This document shows, one piece after another, positions 36,977-48,920 of a stretch of DNA of 64,000 bases; position 1 is the stretch's first letter, and each line of letters opens with the position of its first letter. Position numbers and translations under genes: made by a program. Source of the stretch: Phyllosticta citribraziliensis (taxonomy: Eukaryota); assembly GCF_038025025.1 (NCBI RefSeq), contig NW_027117339.1, forward strand, positions 1,674,001 through 1,738,000. The letters are read 5' to 3'. The notes beneath the pieces were generated by a model, which was not told where the DNA came from, did not search any database, and was given only the letters and a program-made list of their open reading frames with translations.

Positions 36977-37642
36977 AGTTTCTCAAAATAGATGTAACTT
37001 CTCAACTTTCCACAAACGGCTTCACCGCGCCGCTGGGACCAACAGAAAGGCGCCAGACATCCCAACCGCAAGCCGCACGGCTGTCTCCTTGCAAGTTCCC
37101 ATTTACAACAAAGATGGCTTCCATCCAAAGCCGCCAACCAATCACGAGGAAGGCTGTTCCGCGGCCCGGGGTTGGGTGCCAGGGAATAAACAACTCGAAT
37201 AGCCGTTTTTGTGGCGAGGCGTCGCGATGGACAGTTATTGCATTTCACGTGGCGTCTTAATCTAGGATACCTACGGTTGCACGCTCCACTTTTCAAGTCA
37301 TTATGTTGAAGTTGAAGGCTCGCTGTAGACAAAGTGCGGCGCTTGTGATGCATTCTCTCATCTCTCCACTCTTTCGGCCGGCCTTTGCTCCTCCTGTCTT
37401 GTGGTTGCATTCCCCTGATGGATATCGTTAGAGCAGACTCACTGCCTGTGTCCGCTGATCCTAGTCCTTGGTGTCACATGGACAAAATCAAAACTGTAAC
37501 TCCTGAGCGCCTGTCGCCACACTTTTTGACAACCCAATGTGCACCCAACGCCTTGTAAATGCCGATTTTGCGCTTCCCGTTGAACATCACCAGACGTGAC
37601 CGTAATCCAGAGAGGTAGTCGTGGACTATGAGACATGTGCGT

Positions 37643-38327
37643 TTATTTCTCAGGGGCGTCGGGGAGTCTCTCAATCACGTACTTCCCGCGGGCCACCGAC
37701 ATGATGGGTACACCGGGGATTTTGCGGATTCGGCGCTTGAGGTCGCGGTCGTTGGTCGCCACAATGTAGACCTTGTGTTTCTGCACTCGATCGACGATGC
37801 CTCGGACAAGTTAGTAGGTGAGGGCATCTCGTGGACCACGAGCACTTACAATCGTCTGCATAGACTCCCTTGTGGTCGCATTCCAGCCTCTCCCAGCGCT
37901 CGTCGCGAGCAATCCTGAGCGCTATGCGGTACTTGGTTCCCAATTTCTCCAATTCGGCCATGACGCAGGAGGTGATGATTGGCGTGCACTTTGCGTAGAG
38001 GCAGTCCATCATAGCGGGGAGGAGCTCCAGCTTGCGCTGGACGGTGTGGGATAAAAAGTTCTGCAGGTAATTAGCAGGCGCACAAGACTCAAAACATGGG
38101 GAAAGCCTTACAGTGTCGACGAGAACATTGTAAGGAGGCACTAGAGCCGTGTTGTACTGGAAGAACAGAGATGATGAGACTTGAGGGACCTCGCGCACGA
38201 CGTCGTCTCTCTTCTTTTGGGCGTCGGCAGCGTCGGCGGCGACCTGGTTCTTTTTGAGACGAGCATCGCGCTGGCCAATGACGCGCTTGGTCTGGGCAAA
38301 CTTGCGGGTGCGCTTCTGGATACCCAT
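37643..38327 (-). CDS. FCF1: rRNA-processing PIN-domain nuclease Fcf1/Utp24
   Basis: Exons 38327-38112, 38060-37850 and 37800-37643. MGIQKRTRKFA, PPYNVLVDTNF, CVMAELEKLG, CDHKGVYADDCIV, VATNDRDLKRRIRKIPGVPIM and YVIERLPDAP. Confidence 0.96.
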
Positions 38328-39045
38328 GGCGTCTAGGTAGAGTGCAAATGGTGAGTGTAGGTAGCGTGGACGACTTTCTTGAGCCCGGACTTTGCGAAAG
38401 GCTGTAATCTAATCTTATCTTACTCGCATCGCCGGACAATGAGCGAGTCGGGGCCGAAGCGCGGTCGCCTGGGCAGCTGGGCAGCGGTGGCTGGAGAGAG
38501 TGCTCGGTTCGCAGTGCGCCCAGCCGCTATTCTTAGGTTGCGGAGCGGCACCCCCCTTGCTGATCACAGCCATGCCGGCCATTCGACCTGGAGAAGCACC
38601 ACATCGTCAGGTCAATCTGCGCTCCAGGTCTTGTCCCACTCACTGACGCTGCCTGCATCCGCCCGTCACTCCAGTCTGCTCGTGCGTCTGCCCTGCATAC
38701 AGTGCTCTTACCCATACCGAACACCTCTGCGACTACGGAAATCTTCAGGACGCTTCCGTGGTCGCGTTGGGCCTCGCGCTAGCCTGGGAGCCGCCCTAAC
38801 TCTGAATATCCCGGCCGAATACAAAGAACTCCCGCCGTGCATCGCATCTCTTCCCCTCCTCGCCGCCGGCTCAGCTCGTCGTACCACGTCGCCTGTCGTT
38901 CGTTTGGGCTTGGTCTCATTCCAGTCCCGCCGCCATCTGACCTGACGCCCATCTTGTCTTCCACGACTCCTTCTTCACCTCTACTACTCCTCACTCTTCC
39001 AGCGACGCTCTTCATCAACGCCCTCGGGCTGCCAAGTCGCCCAAC

Positions 39046-40231
39046 ATGCGGTTCGTCGCAGATCATGTCGCTGCACTCTTCCGGCATGTTAACGTGTCAC
39101 AGGGCTTTTCTCCACTCCCTACTTCTCCTGCTGACATTGGTTGCTTTTGCCTTCGCCCAAGGCCCAACCTCGACTGGGACGACGGCTACTGGCGCAACCA
39201 CCACAGGAGGAACCAGAACAGCGGAGACGACAACGGCTGCAACGAGCGCAACTGGTACCACGACGTCTGAAGAAAGCAGTGCGACCAGGACTGCCACCTC
39301 GAAAACAGACTCCAAGTCGACCGATACTGCGACCTCGTCGTACAGGCCGTCCGACCTGCCAACCCTTGCCGGCGCTAGCATCCCAACCATCACTGTGCCG
39401 AATCTGGCAAATGCCCCGTTCATGCAAAAGTCGGATTATCCAGAGGGTACTGTGTTCATTGCGGTTGGCGCCATATTAGGCCTCTTTGCCGCCACAATTC
39501 TGGCCTGGCGTGGAATGTTGGCATGGTCTCTCCACAGAAGCGTCAAAAAGGCAGCCGTGGCACACAGTGTCACAGACAGCAAAACTATGCGCGGACCTAC
39601 GAGCACGCTCTACAACGGCAAAGGCAATGGAACCTCCTACAACCCGGTCAGCGGAGGCAGTGCGCTCAATCTCGGAGACATGAAGTCCAACAAGGCCAGC
39701 GGATTAGAAAAGACGCGCATGGTCCCATCAGAGGCGTCCTTATTCTTTTCTCCAACAGCTGATGGCCCAACTCGCACCAACGGCGCAAACCGAAGCTCAG
39801 CCTACCTGCCTTCAGGCTACTACAACTCAGGACATCGAGACAGCAGCGCGCCGCGCACCCATTCGGCACTGGGCACCCCCCGCGTCCCGTCCCACTACTT
39901 TACTCCCTCTCCACCAGAATCACCTGGCCTGCCTCCTACGTCGCGCGATGGACCGCCTCAAGAGCCGCGCTCGCCGCTCGGTGGCAGTCCTTACCTCTAT
40001 GGTCAACCTTTCCATGGTAGCCACGGCACCGCCGGCCTTGGCTTGTCGTCGAGCTCACTCAATCTCGCAGCCCCCCGCCAAGGTCGAACACCTAGCGCGT
40101 ACCTCGAAGACCTCTTCGAGGGTTCCCCTGGTGTTCCCCCGGGTGGAACTGGAACTACTGCAAGCGGAAGTCCTTACAGACAGAGTGCACGCAGGCATAG
40201 CCGACACAGGTCGAGTTCCAGCCGGCGGTAG
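39046..40231 (+). CDS. single-pass membrane protein, CSI2/YNL058C(PRM5)-like
   Basis: A 5-nt first exon (39046-39050), intron 39051-39102 and exon 39103-40231 give the signal peptide MRAFLHSLLLLLTLVAFAFAQ. T/S-rich ectodomain, PFMQKSDYPEGTVFIAVGAILG TM segment, SLFFSPTA, and C-terminal RTPSAYLEDLF. Confidence 0.8.
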
Positions 40232-40312
40232 GCCTTGAGCTTTGCGATGTACCTTTTACGCGGCCCTTTGTGACTCAGCATGCAAGCACGCCGACGCGTC
40301 ATTGGTCGACTC

Positions 40313-40328
40313 TTTTTTTTTTTTTTTT
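40313..40328 (+). repeat. poly(T)16 tract in the 3' region
   Basis: Run of 16 T directly visible. Confidence 0.9.
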
Positions 40329-41861
40329 CCTCTCCTTTCCGTCTACTGCATTAGAGGATGCGGTACATCAGACCCCTACTCGCATCAGTCTGCGATCGAG
40401 ATCATCGGAACATGACCGGTCTGGAGGGACGTGAGTCTTACGATGTTTACTGTGCTCATTCCATCCTCCTTCACGAAATTCGCTGCATTCCAACGGTCTG
40501 GCGGGATGATTGCGTCTGCTCGCATTTTAGACGACTCACCTTGTGACATTTTGTCGTGTTGGCGCGACTCAATGTAATTTTTCGATCTGCACCTCTTGTT
40601 TCCATCTTTCCTCGGTTCCCCTGATTTCATGACTATATGGACTACTGGCGACGTGGTGCAACATTCCGGGGGATTTTATGGTACGCAAACCACTCACCCT
40701 ATTTTCTTTTCTCGCCCCTTCGAAATGTCGAGGAAGCGCCTGCTCGCCTGCTCTCTTCTTTAATGATTTGGTTTGGCTTGCCGTGACACTTCGAAAGAGA
40801 CATTTTTGGCTGTCACAACAACATTTGTATATAGCGCCTTCGCGTACACAGATATGGCTAGGGCCAAGAGCAATGGCTGAGTAAACGGCCATGGTGGCTA
40901 GCAATGGCATAATTTTGCAACTGATTTGGAGGATAGGATTTGGAAACTTACTTCATGCTCTACTCTAGCCAGCTCTTCGTAGTAATCTGGGTGCACCTTC
41001 CTTTACCTCTGCGCCAAGCGGTCAAAGTTTTACCATGATTTTCACTCCTCGTCAGTTGTGGTCATTCCATTGTCGATGCTACAGGTGGAGAGTTGGGTAG
41101 GTGTGGCTCCACACTTGGGCGTCGAGAATATGCAGGTGGTAACCTGATCGGTGGAATTGCAAACAACGAGAATGGGCGCAGAGACTGTAGCTCTAGACTT
41201 GGTTTTCAGCCAAGGAGCGCTCGAGGCGTTGAGTGACGGGTCGACGCGTGGAAGTACTCCTCAGAGCATGACACGTTGAAGGTGAATGTAGTGAGAACTG
41301 AAGAAGATGATGAATTGATTCTGATTCAGGGCGACGCGGAATGGGCGTCTCTCTCATTAGCACACGTGGCGGAGCGCCATGTGATTGGAGGCAGGCGCGT
41401 ATCAAGTCTCTTTGGCCCCCCACCACGATTCCGACCGCCCGCATGACGCATACCTGGATTCACCGCAGGTCCTATATCACTCCTGCGCTCCCCTCTTCTC
41501 GCACGGCATCAAAGCTTCTGAACAGGTGTCGTTCAGGCACCGTCAACTCGCCAGACAAGCAAAGCCGCGCTTCTCCTCCACCGGCCTCGCGTGGCTTGCC
41601 CTCGAAGAAAGGAAGTTCGAGGTCCAGAACCACCCGGCCGCCGTCTGTCACAGGGAACAAGCAAGCAATAAAATAAACAACATCCACCTGTAAAGCCATC
41701 TGGTCCCAAGCAACCTGTCAAATTCAACTCTTGCCATTCCTTCATTTGCCTCCTGACCTGACTGACTTTGACTGCGCGGCGTTGCTTAATCTAGAGGCAC
41801 AGCCACTGCTGCTTTAGTCTTCCAGTCCGCTTGCACTACCACCACCAGTGGCGTCCACCAC

Positions 41862-43273
41862 ATGGTCCAAGAACATTCTCCATCAGTCGCCCACTTTTGC
41901 TGCTCCTGTCAATCTACTACTCTTGTCCCCTTCTCCGCTTTTGTCTTTTCCCAAAATCACGCCTGTAACCACGTAAGCCTGAGTTTCTGGCTTTCCTGCA
42001 GCAACTGACATTTTCAAATTAGTGCGGATTCATTTCCACAGGCCTGGGAAACGCACCACCGAGTCCAGAGTCCGGAGAGCAAAAGAAAGAACAGCACAGC
42101 ATGACGCAACAGGAAGATCTTGCTGCGCTCTTCAACCAGAGGCTGAACATCTCCAATTTTTCTCCCGCTCCCCAGGCTTCTGCGGCAGTCGAGCCAGGAT
42201 CACAGCCACAATCGGAACAGGGGCAACCGCCGCAGCAGCCAGAGTACCTCGAGCAGGAAGCTACCCAAGACATTGTTTCCCCTCAACCCATCATCTACGC
42301 CTCTACGCATTATACCCACACGTCCCATGTCCCGCGCGCATCCTCAGAGCCTACTCCTAGCACTTCCGCCCCAGGTTCTTCTTCCGCAGCAGCAACCTCC
42401 CACAGCCATTCTGCGGATGACAGCGAAACCTTCCAGCGCCACAGCATTGACCCGTCAGCTCTCTCGCCCGGCCAAGTCAGCCTTTTCCGCGCCGCTTCTC
42501 CGGACCAGCAATTGCGCCTGCTTGAGCTTTGGCGCATCACCTTGCCTACTGCCGACGATGGCATTTGGACCAATGCGACAAGCCTGGAGCAGGAGGAGTC
42601 CCTCGCGCGCGAACGCTACGACCGGATGATCGAGGAAAGACGCACCGGCCGAGCTTTGGGTCAAATGCTGCCGCACCCTTTTGCGGCGCAGAGACAGCAG
42701 CAGCAGCAGCAGCAGCAGCAAGCGAGCTTCCAAGAGTTGTGGGAGCAGCGAGGCGCGAGCTCGCCGCAGGGGCAGCAGAACCCGAGTCTGACTTATAGCC
42801 ACGAGGCGCCACACTGCCAGTACCAGCATCAGCAGCCACAACAACAGTGGCAGGTTGGAGCCGGTGACATGGACATGACTGACGACGACGGCACGTCTGT
42901 ATCCATCATGTCCTCGCCCCGCAGCATCGCCTCGCCGCTGCCCGTCCAAGTGCAGAATCACTACAACAGCAGCGTTGGCGTTGGCGCCAACATGAACCAC
43001 GGCCTGCAGTATCAGCAATTTCCATTGAACGCGGCGGCGCAGCAGCAGCAGCAGCAGCACACCACCCACTCCAATGCCGAGCCCTACATGCTTTCTGGCT
43101 ACGAGATGCTGTCCAAGCGCGAGTACGATGAGGGACTCGCAGCCAAGGAATCATACACGCAGAGCACAGATCCGGTCTACAAGGCGGCAGTTGAGAACCA
43201 GTATGGAGCTTTTCAAGCTGTAAGGGAGTATGACGGCGACATGGGTTGGTTCGATGACCACATGGCCATGTGA
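41862..43273 (+). CDS. Gln-rich fungal hypothetical protein with an N-terminal CxxC..CxxC motif
   Basis: Exon 41862-41972, a 50-nt phase-0 intron (41973-42022, GTAAGC..ACTGAC..TAG) and exon 42023-43273, which is in frame with the 42101 ORF. Two poly-Q tracts and AEPYMLSGYEMLSKREY near the C-terminus. Confidence 0.75.
42695..42721 (+). repeat. coding (CAG)n microsatellite (poly-Q); a second tract at ~43041-43058
   Basis: CAG repeats in frame within the Gln-rich ORF. Confidence 0.9.
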
Positions 43274-43705
43274 GTGGGCTAGTGTGTGAGGCAGATTAGC
43301 GTTTGGTCCGTAGCTTGAGCCTTGGGGCTTTCCCCAGTCTTCATTGTCTTTTGTGGGGATAGATTCCGCTGGCAGACTGTGGTTTCATTTAAAGGGGGCT
43401 TGATGGGCATGGCGACTGTTTCCATTTTTCCAGTGATACCTATATTTGCGGCCGCAAGCTGAATATTAGGCGGGTCATTTTCTTGTCATGATTTGGTGTT
43501 ATTCTTGCTTCGCTTGTTAGCAAGCTTCTCTTTCATGCTGTACCTGTTCTCTCCTATGCCTGAGAAAATGTCTAGTTCAAGGTGATCATTATGAACCTGC
43601 TCCACTTCAAGCCATGGATGAACCGTAACACCTGTTGCACGGGCTTTCGATTCTGAAAGCCCCTTCCGTAACCTCCAAATGCAAGCGCCTTGCTTTACGC
43701 TTAGC

Positions 43706-44487
43706 TTAGTCTTGCCTGCCCTTCAACAGCCTCTTGGTCACCTTGTCCTTCTCGATGATGTACACGTGTGCACCCCAGCCAGACAATGCATCTCTGTCGA
43801 CGGCATTGAGAAGCGCCTGCGAAACCGTCTCGAAGAGATCCTCCGGACCCTGAACGCCATTCTGTTAGCCTTGTTTGCGTCATATCGTTCCAAGTTGACC
43901 CAACTCACCAGATCCGGCTCCCACAAGCCCTCGCATGTTCCAAAGAGCTGGTCGCTCGCCGTGCCGCTCACGATAAAGTCCTTGGCGAAATCAATGCACC
44001 CAATGCTGTCGAATCCGCAGATGAACGGCTTTCCGGTGGTGTGGTTGATGCCGGCGATGACGGGGCTGACAAAGTAAGGGCCGAAGCGGCGCTCATAGAG
44101 CGTCGACGAGACGAGGTTGGCCATGGTCTGCGGCGAGATTTGGCGCTCCTCGCGCAGGCGGTACATGTTGACTTTGTAGCGGAAGAGGTCGGAGACGGTC
44201 GACACGTCGGTGGCGAGTCCCGTGAGGCCCAGGTACACGGAGCCGTAGTTGAAGACCTTGGGGAAGTTGTTGGATACCGTCAGGGCTTGCATGCCTAGCC
44301 GCAGGTCGCAGGCGATGGCCACGCAGTCTTTGCCCACCATCGCGACACAGGCGCCGCCGTCTGGTAGGGAATAGCCGTTAGAAAGCTGCGCGTTATTGGT
44401 GTGTGTGGGACGTACTTATGCTGAAGGGAGACGACTGCGTCGTGTTAGTTGTAGCTTGAGGACATGGCCGTGTGGGGAGCTTACCAT
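43706..44487 (-). CDS. PUP3: 20S proteasome subunit beta-3
   Basis: Exons 44487-44485 (ATG only), 44434-44416, 44360-43909 and 43849-43706. [48 protein letters not shown], ending LLKGRQD. Confidence 0.97.
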
Positions 44488-44805
44488 GGCTGTGTCGCTG
44501 GCGTGACGCGGAGTCTAAGAGACGAGAAGCTGAGGGGAATGGCTGAGGAGCGAGAGAGCAGTGGGTAAGAGGGTTGGGATGGGAGGAGAGGATGCTGGGT
44601 CGGATGTTGTCGTTGGTGATGTGGTCGAGCAGGCAGCTCGTTAGTACGCGGCGAGATGGAGGTGGGTAACGGAAGCTGGAGCTGGCTGGGTTGGCCGCGC
44701 ACGGGCCGCCTCGAACTGCCCGGCGCCGCGGCGCATCACTGCATTTCAAGATGTATCAATTCGCAGCACCCTCTTCACCCAACACCCCCACGCCCTTTGC
44801 CCGCC
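44488..44805. promoter_or_regulatory. compact divergent intergenic region / probable bidirectional promoter (PUP3 <- -> MRPL25)
   Basis: Only 318 bp separate two head-to-head start codons. GC-rich core, with pyrimidine-rich leaders on each sense strand. Confidence 0.6.
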
Positions 44806-45364
44806 ATGGCGTCGTCTACGCCCCAGAAATATATCGAACTAGCCAAAACGCTACCTCCGCGCCTGCTCCGATTCTTCCAAAGATATCCTCCTCCAGAGGA
44901 AACGCTCGCCGTGCCTCTTCCTGGTCCCAAACCATGGCCACCCCCACCACCACCTCAACTGTCTTACCACAACCCTTTCCTGCCGCGATTCAACACCGTC
45001 ACCCAGCGCTGGCAAGGACCCGTCTTCTCGCTTCGTCGCCAGGCTGAACTGTGCAAAATGGCCGTCAGGTACGGCGTCGAAGACCTGCTTCCCTACTCGA
45101 GGAAAAAGCCGAGCGAGCGCAGAAAGCGCGCAAACCTGCGTGAGGTGGAGACCGGTGTTGATGGCCGCAAGGTCAAGGGTCACGCTTGGGAGCGCGGCCT
45201 CAAGAGCAAGTTGGACAAGAGGAGAGAGGCCATGATGAATATGCCGGCTATGATTCAAGAATGGAAGCTGGTATGCTTGCTGGTGCTGCTATACCTGTTG
45301 GACGTGAAGCTGACGACTGTAACAGCGTGGTCATGGCAAGGGCTGGACAAAGTGGCCGAAATAA
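44806..45364 (+). CDS. MRPL25: mitochondrial large ribosomal subunit protein mL59
   Basis: Exons 44806-45270 and 45326-45364. LPPRLLRFFQRYPP, NPFLP..TQRWQGPVFSLRRQAELCKMA..GVEDLLP, KGHAWER and GWTKWPK. Confidence 0.88.
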
Positions 45365-45833
45365 GGGACTGGATTGCCTTTTGGCAATATTTCTTGAGCC
45401 GGTGGAATCGCGCACCATGGCTGGGAATTCGCCATGTCCTTCTCTCTTGGTGGATAAGGAGACCAATCTCGAAAAATTCCATGCATTGCGCTGAGTGGGT
45501 ACGGCAAAGAGTGATCTACTCTGGCGTTGGAGGGATGGGTGCGCAGGATATTGTAAAATCTGAGAGCAGAATTGGCTCTCTTTCAATTCTTATGGAATTT
45601 CCACTCGTATTCAAGCGTGACTTGCTCAACCTGCAAGCCTTGCAGAGCAATCTCAAACTGTCCTCGACGGTCTTGGTGACTTCGATCTTTCGTCTAAACC
45701 TGAGGTGGCAGCACGGAGCGGACTGACCAATCGCGCCAAGCCGTCATCGCCAACCGCCGCTGAGCATCTACGCTACCCGTACCCGTACCTCCACCATCTT
45801 CTACGATTACACACTTAGAGACCATTCGCAAAG

Positions 45834-48360
45834 ATGGAGATCGATTCGAACGGTGCTGTACCTCCCCCGCCTCCGCCCGACGACAGTCTTCCTCCCCCGC
45901 CTCCTCCAACAGACATCGCACCACCACCTCCGCCAACCGTTCCTCCGCCTGGCGATGTCCCTCCGCCACCACCTCCGACGGAATCTCTCGAACCAGATCT
46001 CGCACCAGCGCTGCCCAAGAAGAAAGGATGGGGAGCACCCAAGCCAAAGAAGGATCCGCTCAGTATCGAGGAAATCCTCAAGAAGAAGAGAGAGGCCGAT
46101 GCGGCAGCCGCCAAAGTAAGTGTAACGCGCTCAAAGCTTGACCCGTTCTATATTGTTTACAAGGCATATATAGTGCAACTACACACCGCTGTTCATATAA
46201 CTAACACATATACTTGCAGCCCAAGTTCCTGAGTAAAGCCCAGCGGGAAAAGCTGGCGCTCGAGAAACGACAAAAGGAAGCCGAAGAGCAGAAGCGTCGC
46301 GAGACCGATCGTGAAGGCTTCACCAATGGCCCCACGAATGGCCCCGTACGGAATGGCTCCAAGATAAATGGCGTCAATGGCCACGCGAAATCTGCCATCC
46401 CGACAGGCCCAAGAGCCATGAGGGATCATCTTCCAAACAAGGGCCGCGACATGCCACCCCCACCGCTACCCAAGCCGGCCGCAGCTACGAAGAACGTAGA
46501 AAAGCCTGGAGACAAGAGACAAACCCCCGAGGATGCGGAGGCCGCCTTGATCAGACAACGGTATATGGGTGCCGAGCAAAACTTGTCCACATTTTCGGCG
46601 AAGAAGAAGCGCAAGCGCACGACGGAAAAGAAGTTCAACTTTGAGTGGAATGCCGAGGAGGACACTAGCACTGATTATAACCCGCTGTATCAGTCACGGC
46701 AAGAGGCAGGCTTCTTTGGCAGAGGTCGTTTGGGAGGCTTTTCGGACGATGTGGTCGACAGCGCAACCAAACGCTACACCCAAGCGTTGATGGAGCGAGA
46801 CAAGGAGGCAGGGTCGGCACGCGCGGCTGAGATCTTTGAAATGGAAAGGAGAAGAAAAGAAGAGAATGGACGTGCCGCTCTGGAGATGCACTGGAGCGAA
46901 AAGAGACTGGACCAGATGCGCGAAAGAGATTGGCGTATCTTCAAAGAAGACTTCAACATCAGCACCAAGGGCGGCTCAATCCCTAATCCCATGCGCTCGT
47001 GGGAGGAGTCTGGCCTGCCAAAGCGTCTACTCGACATCATCAGAGACGTGGGCTACCTCGAGCCATCTCCTATCCAGCGCGCCGCCATTCCTATCGCCCT
47101 GGGGTCCCGCGACCTCATCGGTGTTGCTGTCACTGGTTCCGGTAAAACGGCAGCTTTCCTCCTTCCTCTGCTTGTTTATATTTCTGAGCTTCCTCCCTTG
47201 AACGAATTCACCAAGAACGACGGTCCCTATGCCATCATTCTGGCACCTACTCGCGAGTTGGCTCAGCAGATCGAAATCGAGGCCAAGAAGTTTGCTCAGC
47301 CTCTTGGATTTACCTGTGTTTCCATCGTCGGTGGTCACTCGATCGAAGAGCAAGCTTTCAACATGCGGGACGGCGCCGAAATCATCATTGCCACCCCTGG
47401 TCGTCTCGTCGACTGTATCGAACGGCGTGTCCTGGTCCTCAGCCAATGCTGCTACATAATCATGGATGAAGCAGACCGCATGATTGACCTGGGCTTTGAG
47501 GAGCCCGTCAACAAGATCCTCGACGCCCTCCCCGTGGGCAACGAGAAACCCGACACGGACGAGGCTGAAAACACTACCGCCATGTCGCAGCATCTCGGCG
47601 GCAAAGACCGCTACCGCCAAACAATGATGTACACGGCAACCATGCCGCCGGCAGTCGAGCGCATCGCGCGCAAATACCTGCGGCGCCCAGCTATCGTGAC
47701 CATCGGCAACGTTGGCGAAGCCGTCGAGACGGTCGAACAGCGGGTCGAATTCGTGTCGGGCGAAGACAAGCGCAAGAAGCGGCTGCAAGAGATCCTGTCC
47801 AGCGGAGAATTCACGCCGCCCATCATCGTCTTCGTCAACATCAAGCGCAACTGCGACGCCGTGGCGCGCGACATCAAGCACATGGGCTTCTCGGCCGTCA
47901 CGCTGCACGGCTCCAAGACACAGGAGCAGCGCGAGGCTGCCCTCGCCAGCCTGCGCTCCAACACTGTCGACGTCCTCGTCGCCACCGACCTTGCTGGCCG
48001 TGGTATCGATGTGCCCGACGTCAGTCTCGTCGTCAACTTCAACATGGCTAGCAACATTGAGAGCTACACGCATCGCATCGGTCGTACTGGTCGTGCTGGC
48101 AAGAGCGGTGTGGCCATCACCTTCCTGGGCAGTGAGGACACAGACGTTATGTACGTTGCCCCTATTGTACTTGCTTTTGCAATCCAAATGCTGACTTGTC
48201 GCCTAGGTACGATCTCAAACAGATGCTCAGCAAGTCGTCCATTTCGCGCGTGCCCGAGGAGCTGCGTAAGCATGAGGCAGCGCAGCAAAAGCGGACGAAG
48301 GGCCAGCCCAAGATTGAGGACAGCGGTGGCTTTGGTGGCAAGGGGGGCGGGTTGAAGTAA
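45834..48360 (+). CDS. PRP28: pre-mRNA splicing DEAD-box RNA helicase Prp28
   Basis: Exons 45834-46115, 46220-48150 and 48207-48360. PKFLSKAQRE, KFNFEW..EDTS, HWSEK..MRERDWRIFKED, AVTGSGKT, PTRELA, DEADRM and HRIGRTGRAG. Poly-Pro N-terminus. Confidence 0.97.
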
Positions 48361-48829
48361 AGTTGCGGTGCGGAGTTGAGCTGGATAGATGGTCAAATGA
48401 ATCGGAAAATAGTTGACACATCAGTGCTGGCAACAACCATCGATCGTGTGAATTTCGTGCATTCGTTCCATTTTCACACCTTTGGCCTCGTGTCAATCCA
48501 CGTAAAATCAAATGCGATATTGGTAACAGTAGCACCGTGGCGCCAGCTCGCCTACTCGCGCTCTATCGTCGTTGCTGTTCATTTTTGTCCCCCTCCCCCA
48601 GAGGCCTTGACAGCTCTGAATGCGATCCTCATTCCGGCCACCTGACTGCCTGCCTACCTACCATCAATCACGGACGTCACCGGTGAGCTTTTCAGAAAAG
48701 GAAACCATTTTCAGTCCGCTTGTCCTGGGAAATCCACCCAAAGATGAAACCTGACCGAAGATGCCCGCGGCGACGATGGCGACGACGAAAAACGACTCTA
48801 GCCTGTTTGTGAAACCTTGAACTCCAAGC

Positions 48830-48887
48830 TTATTCTTCCGCCTCGGTAGCAACAGGCGCCGGCTGCTGCGGCTGCTGTTGCTGCTGC

Positions 48888-48920
<33 letters not shown>

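Noticed and set aside
36163..37410. 415-aa - strand ORF
   Set aside because: Mostly the antisense shadow of eIF3j.
43555..43620. CTGAGA..ACCTG spacing reminiscent of a TPP riboswitch
   Set aside because: Lacks the remaining consensus and stems, and lies in 3' UTRs of unrelated genes.
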